In this document: piece after piece, positions 12,195 to 22,410 of the stretch
Layout: each line of letters starts with the position of its first letter
How positions within the stretch are numbered: position 1 is the stretch's first letter
NCBI GenBank assembly: GCA_963764165.1
Contig: CAVXRD010000001.1
Span: 224,001 to 288,000, forward strand
Reading direction: 5' to 3'
Length of the DNA stretch: 64,000 bases
From: an uncultured Verrucomicrobiae bacterium
GTDB lineage: Bacteria; Verrucomicrobiota; Verrucomicrobiia; Limisphaerales; Palsa-1400
Position numbers and translations under genes: made by a program
The notes under the pieces: generated by a model
The model's input: only the letters and a program-made list of their open reading frames with translations
The model's database searches: none
Told to the model about the DNA's origin: nothing

Positions 12195-13169
12195 TCATTG
12201 CTTGTCCCGTTTTACGACAAATTTCGGACCAGTGCGATCCCCGTTCCTCATGAACCCATCCCAGATGATCGTATTGCCATCGTCGCTGATCTCTCCTTTA
12301 ATCTGCTCATCGGCGAGAGTAGATTCCGGGGGGTATTCCTTAATGAACTGATTTCCATGTAAATCATACTCTTCTTGCCGCGTCGTGCCCTTTATGGCCA
12401 ATACGTTGCCGCGGCTGTCCTTTTTAGTTGTGTCGAAGTGCCAAATGATTATCAATTTACTCCCATGTATTTCAAATGTGAAATGGCGATCGTTGGGCCA
12501 GTACCAATGGGATTCTTTAGTTTCGCGATATATTCCTGTTATTTTGCGGTTTAAGTCTTGGGCTTGGGCAGTCGCTTCGGCCTCCCTCCTGCGTTGCTCG
12601 GTCTCGGCATAGTGGCGTTGTCGCTCGGCTTCTTCTTGCCGCCGTTGTTCTTCAGCCCTCATAGCTGCCTGTGCGGCGGCGGCCCTTTCAACGTCCTCTG
12701 CCTTTACTTCGAGAGCATAGATTTTGTCTTGGACAGATCGCGATTCGGTTTCGGGATGCGTAAATAACTGGTAGAGTTTCAGGTTGGCAATAGCATTCGA
12801 GTAATTTCCCCCAGCCTCCCACGCCAAACCAAGATTGTAGCGTGCTTCCGGCCACCAAGGGGCAATACGGCTCGCATCATTAAATTCAGTTACGGCTTGT
12901 GAAAAGTCTTCGGCAGTCTTCGCATCCTTGAAACGCACTCCACCACGCACAAAATGCTTCCGCGCATCTTCGGGAATGGCAGGCAAATGATCAAGTCCAA
13001 CGGCCAGCTTGACAACCTTCTCCGCCGCCTCTCGTGTTGGAGCCTCCGCTCTTTGATATTCGGCCAGCGCCTGCTGAAATGCAGCATTGGTGATGCCATC
13101 GTCCGCCGCGAATGCGGGCTGTGAGGAAATCAAAACAACCAGAGCAATAAAAAGTAAATTCAGTCTCAT
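12195..13169 (-). CDS. Secreted TPR-like protein
   Basis: Signal peptide ending PAFA; TPR motif APWWPEARYNLGLAWEAGGNYSNAI. Confidence 0.8.
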   Translation of the reverse strand: MRLNLLFIALVVLISSQPAFAADDGITNAAFQQALAEYQRAEAPTREAAEKVVKLAVGLDHLPAIPEDARKHFVRGGVRFKDAKTAEDFSQAVTEFNDASRIAPWWPEARYNLGLAWEAGGNYSNAIANLKLYQLFTHPETESRSVQDKIYALEVKAEDVERAAAAQAAMRAEEQRRQEEAERQRHYAETEQRRREAEATAQAQDLNRKITGIYRETKESHWYWPNDRHFTFEIHGSKLIIIWHFDTTKKDSRGNVLAIKGTTRQEEYDLHGNQFIKEYPPESTLADEQIKGEISDDGNTIIWDGFMRNGDRTGPKFVVKRDKQ

Positions 13170-13224
13170 AAAAATCAAAGTGTTCTATCAATAAGCGTGA
13201 CGGCCAAGCCCGTGACGCCAATAA

Positions 13225-14244
13225 TCAACGCTCAACTTTTGTTAAGGTTTCATCTCGAATTAGCCCGTTATCAAATTCTTTGGTGGTTCCATTCATCATG
13301 GACGCCCTCCAATGAATGGAACTCGAAGATTTGTCGATTGTGACTTTGACAGGCTGTTCCGGCACTTCACCACTGGCTGGCTCTTCCCATTTAATATGAT
13401 GATAATCTGATCCGTGGATGATCCCGTGGAGAGACGGCTCATTGTTGCGGCGGCCATCGTTTATAGAATAAATATCAACCGAGGCGTCAGTGACCACAAC
13501 GTCGGCCTCATAAGAGTACACCACTTTGTTGTATAGACCGTCGCCCCTCTCCATTACCCGCCGCCATGAGTACTTTCCGGCGAGAAACCCGAATTGCCGA
13601 TTAAATTCGTCTGTTTTAGCACGTTTAGCTATCTCTAACTTACGCTGTGCGATCAAATAATCCATCTCTCCAAGATGTTTGCGCACATCGCTGGCATCGC
13701 TCGCATTAGGCGCTACCAGAAGATAAAACTGATAGTTTTGTTTTGTTTGTTCCAACTGACCGGCCTTCTCAAACAAAAGCGCCGCATTAAAATAGTAACT
13801 TGAAATCCAAGGAGCAGACAGTGCTGCGAGGACGTACTCTTTGGCCGCCTCAGCATAATCTTGCTGAGAAGTGGCTCCTTTAGCGGTTGCCGTCGCCCGG
13901 CCTTCGTGTATATCCGCCTCGGGAGGAGTCGCCGGTTTCGGTTCCATCGCCAAAGCATACCTGATGATGTGCTCCCTCAAGGAAGCATTCTCCGGCTCTC
14001 GTTGAAGTCGAGACAAAGCCTGCCGAAATCCATCATCGGATGTAATTGGTGCAGCAGAGCTATAAGCAGAGGATTTTGAGGAAACGCTTTCGGATGTGGT
14101 CGTTGCGCAACCTGCTAAAGAGCAGAGCACCAACGCTACCAAGGGTAAAACCGCGATTTTCAAGACCATGTGATTTATTCCTACGTGAGTGTCTGCATAA
14201 ATCAGGCAGGGAGCCGGAAGCTTTTCGGTATCGTTTGTGTTCAT
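13225..14244 (-). CDS. TPR-like lipoprotein, paralogue of 12195-13169
   Basis: Lipobox LAGC; TPR motif APWISSYYFNAALLFEKAGQLEQ. Confidence 0.8.
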   Translation of the reverse strand: MNTNDTEKLPAPCLIYADTHVGINHMVLKIAVLPLVALVLCSLAGCATTTSESVSSKSSAYSSAAPITSDDGFRQALSRLQREPENASLREHIIRYALAMEPKPATPPEADIHEGRATATAKGATSQQDYAEAAKEYVLAALSAPWISSYYFNAALLFEKAGQLEQTKQNYQFYLLVAPNASDASDVRKHLGEMDYLIAQRKLEIAKRAKTDEFNRQFGFLAGKYSWRRVMERGDGLYNKVVYSYEADVVVTDASVDIYSINDGRRNNEPSLHGIIHGSDYHHIKWEEPASGEVPEQPVKVTIDKSSSSIHWRASMMNGTTKEFDNGLIRDETLTKVER

Positions 14245-14261
14245 TGTGTCGAATGGGAGGG

Positions 14262-15590
14262 CTACTGTGTTCGTAATTTTTCCTCGTGCCTAGTAAAAAT
14301 ATCCACGAGGCCTTGTTTCTGCATTTCATTAGGGAGTTCAATAAGGTACGCTTGGGAAATCACGTCGTTGGCTTCCTTTATGGCAGATCGCAAAGCAGCT
14401 TGCTCCGCAGGGTCTTGGGCATGGGTCAGAGCGGCGCTGGCTTGCTTCAAATACGCTTGGGCTTCCTTGAAGGGCGGGTCATGTATGGCCGCCAATTCTT
14501 TAAACTTGTCGGTTGCTTGGCCAATTATTATGCCTCCTGTCTCAATGCACGCCCTTGTCATAGCCGCGTGCCGAGCTTCCGGCGACATCATGGCGTCCCA
14601 AGCGATGCGACTGCTGCTGTTGCCCAGAGCCGGGTCAAGAATGGCTTGGGCGGCTTTCAACATGCCCACATTCACATTCTCGCTGATTGGCTGATGCTCC
14701 CGCAATGCTCGAACCAACAAAGCAAACTCCTTTCGGCTTTCAGGATTCCTCTGGTAAGCCAGAGCCTGGTCGTAACTCTCGTTCTTTTTGACGATATAGA
14801 CATCCGCCGCATCTTCTGCCGCGATGAACGATTTGCCAGCCATAAGAATGAGTCCGACACCTCCAGCAGGCCACTCCATTCCATTGATCTTTGCGTAAAT
14901 CTGGGCAACCGCAGTACCCCCATCCAAACCTTCAAGGACTCTCCTGCTTCGCTCGTCGCTCTTTGCCAGTTGCCCAAAGCCGATTGAAGCAATTTCCGGG
15001 GGTATCGGAGGAGGAACCTGGATTCGATGAATTCCACGATGAATGGAGGCTGCTGTCGGATAACCGGATATGCTGGAATTGATTTCCTTGAGGCCAGAAC
15101 CGTTGCCACCAATAGAAGCAACGGCCGCGCTGCTATCTTTCAGCTTGAGGTTGGTATCGCCGAAGCCTTTCAGTTGACTCAAAACGTCGTTTTTGTCGCG
15201 CTCAAATTGGCGGGCAATTTCGGCGGCTTTGGCTGCGGCTGCATCACGCCTGGCCTGAGCATCACGAGCTTCCTGCGTGTAGTCGGGTTGAGGCTCGCTT
15301 GGTACGGGCCGGGGAGAGCCATCATCCGGTTGAGGAGTCGGAGAACGGGATGGCACATCAATGTAGCCGCTGCCCTTACCGCCGGGTTTGCCCCCACCGC
15401 CCCAACCACCGCACCTTGGGCATCCATAGTAGCTTTGAATTCCATTGAGCACAGGCCCTGGAATCATGCCCGATCCGCCACAACGAGGGCAAACTACCTG
15501 GTCCGCCAATACGTGGAACGTCCACAAACAAATGGCCAGCGCACCTGCCCATCGAAGGAGCCGTTTCATTTTTTCGTTTTTGTCATACAA
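14262..15590 (-). CDS. Secreted hypothetical protein with DnaJ-type CxxCxGxG zinc motif pair
   Basis: Signal peptide, CPRCGGSG and CPRCGGWG, Pro-rich linker, helical C-terminus. Confidence 0.75.
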   Translation of the reverse strand: MYDKNEKMKRLLRWAGALAICLWTFHVLADQVVCPRCGGSGMIPGPVLNGIQSYYGCPRCGGWGGGGKPGGKGSGYIDVPSRSPTPQPDDGSPRPVPSEPQPDYTQEARDAQARRDAAAAKAAEIARQFERDKNDVLSQLKGFGDTNLKLKDSSAAVASIGGNGSGLKEINSSISGYPTAASIHRGIHRIQVPPPIPPEIASIGFGQLAKSDERSRRVLEGLDGGTAVAQIYAKINGMEWPAGGVGLILMAGKSFIAAEDAADVYIVKKNESYDQALAYQRNPESRKEFALLVRALREHQPISENVNVGMLKAAQAILDPALGNSSSRIAWDAMMSPEARHAAMTRACIETGGIIIGQATDKFKELAAIHDPPFKEAQAYLKQASAALTHAQDPAEQAALRSAIKEANDVISQAYLIELPNEMQKQGLVDIFTRHEEKLRTQ

Positions 15591-16444
15591 GTCTTATTCA
15601 AGCTTGTTTAGCGTACCGTGCCACCGGCTGATTTTAGCCGGATGGCAAAGGTTAGGAGCTACCGGCTCCCACCATATAAAGAGGAATCCTTACGGATTCG
15701 TTGCAAACAATTTGCGATTATTCCTAAAACTCGTTGCGAATCAGCCACTCAAAAGACAAGGGGCGTGACCTACTCACGCCCCACGACGGGCACTGGTATG
15801 CCCTTACAGGAACGCTTTGGGGCACGCCCGATTTGGGCGTGCCTCGTTGCGTGTCCTGTACATGAAATTACCAGTTTCGTCGTGGACAGCAGCCGAAGCC
15901 GCAAATCTGTTGTTAATTGTTTCTATCACATACTTTTTTTCTGGACATTTGGATGGAACCACAGACCTCAGTTGGATGCAAGTGGCTATTTTTGACACAT
16001 TTCCGTCATGGGCTTCCGCCCCGCCGCGACACCAAAACGCTTTTCCCTTCACCCCCTGAAAAGCGTTCTCGTGTCACGGCCCCTGGCCGGACTGTTTTCA
16101 ATTCTTCACCGGCGCACCCTCTTGCCCCGCGCTCCGTTCCGAATTGCAAACAGACCGGCATTGGAAAAGGCGGCGCAGTCGCGCCAGCCAATTCCTTTGA
16201 CCAGGAAGCTCAGAATTGCCCAATACCGGGGATGGCCAACAATGGCAGAGGCGCAGACGCGCCTTATTTCAACCGAATTCGTAATGGGGGCTGATTTTGG
16301 CGCGAAACGCTCCGTCCATTGTACAGCCCGTCTGCGCCTGTCAATGTATTGCTCGCCCTGTTCCCTCTGCGCTCCACATTGACAGTGCTCGACAGGCTTG
16401 GGGACTTTGCTTCTAGGATTTCGCGCCGGGAATTCTGCCAAGAA

Positions 16445-17214
16445 GTCGAGTAGAGTGGAGGCGCGAGCGGTTTAGGTCAAAGGCTTCCGTTGTATCCGCC
16501 CTTTCGGGTTTCGTGGCAAATAGCCCCCAGACCGTGCTCTCGTTTCCTCCACCCCCTCTGAAACTCCGTACGGCGGGTTTTCCCCAGTACCGGCTTCAAA
16601 CGGGCTGTCAGCAGCGACCTTCGCGGCTCGCGCCGCTTATACGCTGCCACAGTGGAGATCTCGTCCGTTCGCGTTATTCCGTAGTCGGGCTTGCGCCCGG
16701 CGGCACTCGCGGCTTCTGACACCACACACCCGCCCAGTGGCCCTTGGCTCCGCCAGCGGTTGTTCTGTCCGCCGACCTCATCGCTTACTATGGCCACATC
16801 CGAGTCTCTGCCTCTCCGCTCCGGCTTATGCATTATTCCCGAAGCGTTCAAAGGGGCAGAGAGTCCCCAATTTACTCTGCGTGTCTTTCAGACGTGTCGC
16901 ACTCCTTACCCCGGCGGCTTTCCGGGTGCCTTTGACTGCTTCTTCCCCGGAAATACATGCCTTCGCCATCCTCCTGAGAGGCTCGGCGCCGCGATCCCCT
17001 GCTTTTCGGAACAGCAGGGTGGCCTAACGAGGCTGCAAGTTTCACTTTATGTTACGACCCGTTCTTTTGTTGGCGCGGCTCCGCCCGCGCGTTTACGACC
17101 CAGCTCTCATCCCGCCAGATCGCTCCGCGGGACGTGGGTTATCGCTAAGCGGGTAACAGTCCATTCCCGCTGCCGGACTTTCACCAGCCAGACACACAGC
17201 ATTATGGGCTGCGC
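16445..17214 (-). ncRNA. ORF-less group II intron (~770 nt)
   Basis: 5' GCGCAGCCC...GGTGAAAGTCC; DV-like GAAGCCGGTACTGGGGAAAACCCGCCGTACGGAGTTTC; extended DVI ending CTACTCGAC; short DIV with no RT ORF. EBS1 (16971-16976) and EBS2 (16989-16999) are complementary to the 5' exon (17215-17231). Confidence 0.88.
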
Positions 17215-17448
17215 CAGGAGAGGGACCGCAGACGGACAAAGGCCGGTGGTAATCCAGTCAGAGCGGCGATTTCGCACTTGTTTGGGTACCGGCGAGAAGG
17301 TGCGCACCCAAGGGCGTTTGCAATCTGAAGTGTCCAACGCTACGTCGCGCAAACAAAATATGAACCAAAAGAAGCGGCGGATTGGCGCAACAACTGCGTT
17401 TATTGACGCGCGGCTTGGCGGTTGCAAGCCAGGTTGCCTCTGTGCTTC

Positions 17449-17724
17449 AGAGTGTGCTTTAAAAATCCGAGGGGTTCTGCGGCGAGGGATTTTGGCCGCA
17501 AGCGAGGCGGCGAGGCACGAGAATCCCCGCAGCGGGCTTTGAGTGCCGAGCCAACGAAGGCTGCGGACAAAAGAACCGCCGCCCAATGGGTTTTCGCGCA
17601 AAAGACCCTCTGGCTTCGTTGCGCCTCAGTCACAGCCCCGCTTGGGGATGCTCCTTCGTTGCGCCTCGCCATAGGTTCCTGTGCGTAAAAAAACAGAGAC
17701 CCTCGGATTTTTAAGGCACACTCT
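17449..17724. mobile_element. 276-bp MITE
   Basis: 25-bp terminal inverted repeats AGAGTGTGCTTTAAAAATCCGAGGG / CCCTCGGATTTTTAAGGCACACTCT with 1 mismatch; no transposase. Confidence 0.8.
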
Positions 17725-17961
17725 TGAGCGCCGCACGGCGCGGGCGATTGCTTGCCCCGTCACGATCCGCCGTCGCCTAGCTATGGCGGGACAAGCCCTC
17801 AATCAATCGCTCTTTTTCCGTTGCGTCCGGGTGGTTTCGCCCGCAGAATCGGCACTGTAGCTGGCGACCGGGAGCAAAGCGGGCCAAGGGCGGCTAACGG
17901 CGGCAAAAGCCGGATTTGAGCTACATTCTGGCTACATACTTCGTAAGTGCCTCATTCTCAA

Positions 17962-18035
17962 TGGAGCGGGTGAAGGGAATCGAACCCTCGTCTCAGGCTT
18001 GGGAAGCCCACATTCTACCATTGAACCACACCCGC
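17962..18035 (-). tRNA. tRNA-Gly(CCC)
   Basis: GCGGGTGTGGTTCAATGGTAGAATGTGGGCTTCCCAAGCCTGAGACGAGGGTTCGATTCCCTTCACCCGCTCCA; cloverleaf with encoded CCA. Confidence 0.96.
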
Positions 18036-18109
18036 GCTCTCTCGAACTGCCGCAATATTACTGGCTGCTTCCTCGTCTGCAAGCGCCAATCTTGCGAAGT
18101 CAATCCAAG

Positions 18110-19141
18110 CTAATCACCCGGCGGACCAATCGGATCCTCGCTCAGGGCTTTTTCGAGGGCGTCGACGCGGCGCATCAGTTCGGGGAGTCGTTGCAAGGCA
18201 ATCATTTGGCGTTTCGCTTGACGATCGGGCTGGGCCGGAGCGCCAAGCCATTTGCCGCCGTCCGGAACGTCGTGCATGACGCCGGATTGCGCGGCGATGG
18301 TCACCTTGTTGCCGATCTTCAAATGGCCCGCAATCCCCACCTGGCCGGCCAGCGTCGTGTAATGCCCGATCTTCGTGCTGCCCGCTATCCCGACTTGCGC
18401 CACAACCAAACAATGTTCGCCAATGCTGACGTTGTGCGCGATCTGCACCAGGTTGTCAATTTTTGTGCCTTTGCCAATCGTCGTGGGCCCGAGAGCGCCG
18501 CGGTCGATGCAGACGTTGGCGCCAATTTCGACATCATCCTGAATAATGACCTGGCCGACTTGCGGCACTTTCCGATGCATGCCAGCGTCAAATACATAGC
18601 CAAAGCCGTCGGAGCCAATCACCGCCCCTGCGTGAATGCGGACGCGCTGGCCAATTTGTGTGTGGCCGTAGACCACGACGTTTGGGAACAACCGGCATTG
18701 CGCGCCGATGGTCACATTGCGCCCGATGTGGTTGCCGCCCTGCAGCACAACCCCCGCCCCGATTTTCACGTTCTCGGCAATCACGCAATTCGGCCCGATG
18801 TGCGCCGAGGCATCCACCTGCGCGGTCGGATCGACAATCGCCGACGGATGCGCGCCGGGCGAGAATTTGCGATCGGGAAAAAATAGCGGCAGCACGCGCG
18901 CAAAGGCGATGCGCGCATTGGGCACGCGGATGAGCGTCTTGCTCGCGGCCGCGAACGGGCCATCGATGAGAATGGCCGAGGCGGCGCTTTGTTCGGCTTT
19001 CAAAAAAAATGTCTCGTTCTCCGCGAACGTAAGGTCGCCGGTCTTGGCGGCCGTGGCGGGTGCAAAGCCCGTCAAGCGAATCGAGGCGTCGCCGATGACC
19101 TCGCCGTCCAATTCTTTGGCTATCTCAGCAGTGGTGAACAT
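18110..19141 (-). CDS. lpxD: UDP-3-O-(3-hydroxyacyl)glucosamine N-acyltransferase
   Basis: Hexapeptide repeats, [34 protein letters not shown]. Confidence 0.95.
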   Translation of the reverse strand: MFTTAEIAKELDGEVIGDASIRLTGFAPATAAKTGDLTFAENETFFLKAEQSAASAILIDGPFAAASKTLIRVPNARIAFARVLPLFFPDRKFSPGAHPSAIVDPTAQVDASAHIGPNCVIAENVKIGAGVVLQGGNHIGRNVTIGAQCRLFPNVVVYGHTQIGQRVRIHAGAVIGSDGFGYVFDAGMHRKVPQVGQVIIQDDVEIGANVCIDRGALGPTTIGKGTKIDNLVQIAHNVSIGEHCLVVAQVGIAGSTKIGHYTTLAGQVGIAGHLKIGNKVTIAAQSGVMHDVPDGGKWLGAPAQPDRQAKRQMIALQRLPELMRRVDALEKALSEDPIGPPGD

Positions 19142-19254
19142 GTGTGTTTCTAAATTGCGCTGGCCCAAGTCGCCGATTGACTTGAAAAATCCATCCGGGC
19201 CACTATAAAGGCGCAGAACTTTGCAATACAACTCCAACTTTGGCGAGCATTCTT

Positions 19255-20418
19255 ATGAGCAGAAAAATTCGTTACGGGATGATCGGCGGCGGGCGCGGCG
19301 CATTTATTGGCGCGGTGCATCGCATCGCTGCGGCACTGGATCAGCAAATCGAACTTGTATGCGGCGCCTTCAGTTCAGACGCCGCCCGGAGCAAGGCTTC
19401 CGGGGAGGATTTGATGCTGCCTCCAGAGCGCTGTTACGGATCGTTTGACGAGATGATCTGGACGGAAGCCTCACAGCCCGCGGACCGGCGCATGGATTTC
19501 GTTGCCATTGTCACTCCGAATCATATGCATTTCCCGCCGGCGCAATTGGCGCTGCAGCATGGTTTTCACGTCTTAAGCGACAAGCCCGCCACGCTCAATC
19601 TCGCGGAGGCGAAAAAACTCCGCACGCTCGTCAAAAAAACCGGGCTGCTTTACGGCGTCACGTATACATACACGGGATATCCGCTGGTCAAAGAAGCGCG
19701 CGACTTGGTGCGATCTGGCAAGTTGGGCAAGATTCGCAAAGTGGTCGTTGAATACCCGCAAGGCTGGCTGGCTACCCTACTCGAAAGCACGGGGCAGAAG
19801 CAGGCGGGCTGGCGAACGAATCCGAAAAAATCCGGCGCGGGCGGATGTGTCGGCGACATCGGCACTCATGCGGAAAATTTGGTTCATTACGTCACCGGTG
19901 CGGAGATTAAGGAGTTGGCGGCGGATGCCACGATTTTCGTCAAAGGCCGCCGTTTGGATGATGACATCAACGTGCTCGTTCGTCTTGACAACGGAGCCAA
20001 GGGCGTTCTCCACGCTTCGCAAGTTTCCGTCGGCGAGGAGAACAATATCAATATCCGCGTCTGGGGCGAAAACGGCGGACTCGAATGGCATCAGAAAGAA
20101 CCAAACACGCTGCTAGTCAAATGGCCTGATCGTCCGGCGGAAACTTATCGCACCGGCTGGGGTTACTTGGGCGAAGCGGCGAAGGGCGCGACTCGCACGC
20201 CGCCAGCGCACCCGGAAGGCTACCTGGAAGCCTTCGCCAACATTTACAAAAATTTCGCCAACCACATCCGCGCGGTCGAAGAAGGCCGCAAGCTTGCGAA
20301 AACAGATCCTGCGCTGGATTACCCGGGGATTGAGGATGGAGTTCGTGGCATGGCATTCGTCGAGGCGGTTCTGGAGTCGTCGAAGAAAAATGCGAAGTGG
20401 ACGAGGTTGAAGGGTTAA
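19255..20418 (+). CDS. Gfo/Idh/MocA family oxidoreductase
   Basis: [28 protein letters not shown]. Confidence 0.92.
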   Translation: MSRKIRYGMIGGGRGAFIGAVHRIAAALDQQIELVCGAFSSDAARSKASGEDLMLPPERCYGSFDEMIWTEASQPADRRMDFVAIVTPNHMHFPPAQLALQHGFHVLSDKPATLNLAEAKKLRTLVKKTGLLYGVTYTYTGYPLVKEARDLVRSGKLGKIRKVVVEYPQGWLATLLESTGQKQAGWRTNPKKSGAGGCVGDIGTHAENLVHYVTGAEIKELAADATIFVKGRRLDDDINVLVRLDNGAKGVLHASQVSVGEENNINIRVWGENGGLEWHQKEPNTLLVKWPDRPAETYRTGWGYLGEAAKGATRTPPAHPEGYLEAFANIYKNFANHIRAVEEGRKLAKTDPALDYPGIEDGVRGMAFVEAVLESSKKNAKWTRLKG

Positions 20419-20428
20419 TGGGGTTTGG

Positions 20429-21112
20429 CTAGAACTTCAAAAGGCCAACAAGGTGAACCAAAAATTCCTTCACTCCAAACCGACTGGATTCCGTCTCGTG
20501 ATGTGCCTCGGCCAAAGTTGAACCGCTGTCCACAAATTTTAGAAAGATCGTTTTGTCTACTATATTTCTTAACATCGAGTAAATGGTTCGCGGTTGAACT
20601 GCGGAAGCCGTCAAACTTCGATTTATGTTAAACGAAACAATCCTCTTGGGCTCAAAAATCAGGTCTTCTCTTTCAACGAAGGAGGACGGGCTATATAACA
20701 ACAGGGTGGCTGGTCCCTCGACAACTGTGAAAAAATGCTCGCGCAAACACCAAAAGACTGGATGCAGTTTTATGTGGGTGCAAATCTTTTTGGTAGCATC
20801 CGAGAAACCAACCAAATGGCGGGCGCTGACAAAATGTTTTTCCCCCGGCGAAATTGAAAGTCCGTAAAAGTTGCCGCGGACATGATAGCCAGTGACCGGC
20901 ACCTCCACCTGGTATTCATGACACCGAACCATTCTCATTCCAAAGTAAGATTTATTCAGAATTCGCATAATCGGCCCCCCAAGCGGGAAGGGTGGCCACC
21001 AACACCACTCAAAGTTCGGATAGCCTGTTAAAATCGACTTTTTGAAGTAAAACCCCTCGGAATTTTCCAACGTCACGACCGCCGCGTTACCCTTCGATTC
21101 GATTTTCATCAC
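20429..21112 (-). CDS. Hypothetical protein, possibly AIM24/TRAP-like beta fold
   Basis: 227-aa ORF; the FFTVVEGPATLLL segment resembles AIM24; lower GC than flanks. Confidence 0.5.
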   Translation of the reverse strand: MMKIESKGNAAVVTLENSEGFYFKKSILTGYPNFEWCWWPPFPLGGPIMRILNKSYFGMRMVRCHEYQVEVPVTGYHVRGNFYGLSISPGEKHFVSARHLVGFSDATKKICTHIKLHPVFWCLREHFFTVVEGPATLLLYSPSSFVEREDLIFEPKRIVSFNINRSLTASAVQPRTIYSMLRNIVDKTIFLKFVDSGSTLAEAHHETESSRFGVKEFLVHLVGLLKF

Positions 21113-21635
21113 TTAGACCCGCGTGGTCCCAAACCTGTTTGTGATCAGCAGCCACCTGAAAAAAACCCTCGGTACTGAAACCGATAAATGCGAGAAACAG
21201 GAGCACATCAAGCGCTCGCCGTATAAAAGCGGTCCAGACCCATACAAAGAGCGTTCTTGCTTGCCCGAAGGGCTTCGACCACGATGATTTTCTAAGTGAC
21301 TGAATTGCAGCTTGGTTGTCATCTATTTTCTTCTGTATAACCTTTATCTCGCTTTGAATTTGGTTTCTTCTGTCGACTCGATCCTGCCACCAGTAATGGT
21401 CCCAAATGTGCCACCGAGACGGTTCCGGCCCAGGATCGACCAACTGGGCCAGTTCGTTATCGATCTCCGCTTTTAGATTATCTAATTCATTTCGCAGTTT
21501 CGCGATCTGTTCAGGAATTTCACCGAAAGGGAAAATGGGCAAGGATCCTTCATCGAATAGCGCTCGAGCCATATGAACGGCCCCAAATATGCCCGCTAAC
21601 CCCAACAGAAACATGATCGTCGTTTGCAGTCTCAT
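21087..21635 (-). CDS. Hypothetical membrane coiled-coil protein
   Basis: N-terminal TM, coiled coil, second hydrophobic segment. The overlap with the downstream ORF may reflect a frameshifted single gene. Confidence 0.55.
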   Translation of the reverse strand: MRLQTTIMFLLGLAGIFGAVHMARALFDEGSLPIFPFGEIPEQIAKLRNELDNLKAEIDNELAQLVDPGPEPSRWHIWDHYWWQDRVDRRNQIQSEIKVIQKKIDDNQAAIQSLRKSSWSKPFGQARTLFVWVWTAFIRRALDVLLFLAFIGFSTEGFFQVAADHKQVWDHAGLSDENRIEG

Positions 21636-21914
21636 TCAATAAATCCTCGCGCAAAGCATCTGGTAATAACCATTCAGAGACGCTCAGAATGGAAGCCCAG
21701 AAAACCGGGATGTTTTATTCGCCAAGAATGCGCTTGTCAAGCTGTTTACCGGACAGAGCAAGGCTACGGGCGCATCCTGACGTTGCCCCCGTTCGATGGG
21801 ACGAACCTTCGCCCCCGTTGCGTGGGACGGGGAATCAACAAGTGGCACGGGGGCAGTGTCGAGATGCGCCCCAAGGCCACGCATTTAATTTGCATCAATA
21901 GCAGCAAACAAACT

Positions 21915-22276
21915 TTATCGGCCTCTTTTCTTTTTGACGCGACAGACAGATTCTTCATGGGAAATCGCAGCTACCTTCCCCAAGTCCATCTCCCGCTCCC
22001 GCCGATCTAGTTCTTCATCTGAATCATCCGTCCATGGCGTCAGTTCACCGCGCTCTCGCGCCAATTTGAGTTCATTGTGAATGCGCTTTTCCGCTGCCCC
22101 CATTTCCTTTGGCGTCAGGCCATACTCTTGCAATGCGTAATCCGTCGAATCCACTTCCACAGGACGCAGCGCAACGATTTTGCCGTCTATCACAAAACCA
22201 ATGTCGTGGCCTGCGCTGCTTTGTTTAGCCAATAGCCGAGCCGAGCACGTCCCTCTGTTATCGTCAGCGTTTTCAC
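21915..22276 (-). pseudogene. Frameshifted Phd/YefM-like antitoxin, followed by a decayed toxin-like remnant
   Basis: GTG start MKTLTITEGRARLGYWLNKAA, continuing after a shift near 22212 as GHDIGFVIDGKIVALRPVEV. Confidence 0.6.
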
Positions 22277-22410
22277 ACGTTTATTTTTGCGCACGGGGTC
22301 AGCGTTGCAAGCGTGGAATCCGGTTAACAAAGGATGCGTTGGCAATAGTCGCGTGCCGATCCCCTTCAAGCGCTTGACATCGCATCTTCCCCGGCAGAAA
22401 GCTTTTTGGC

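Noticed and set aside
16477..17542. ORFs inside the intron as a possible maturase
   Set aside because: No RT or YADD motifs; they are incidental frames in structured RNA.
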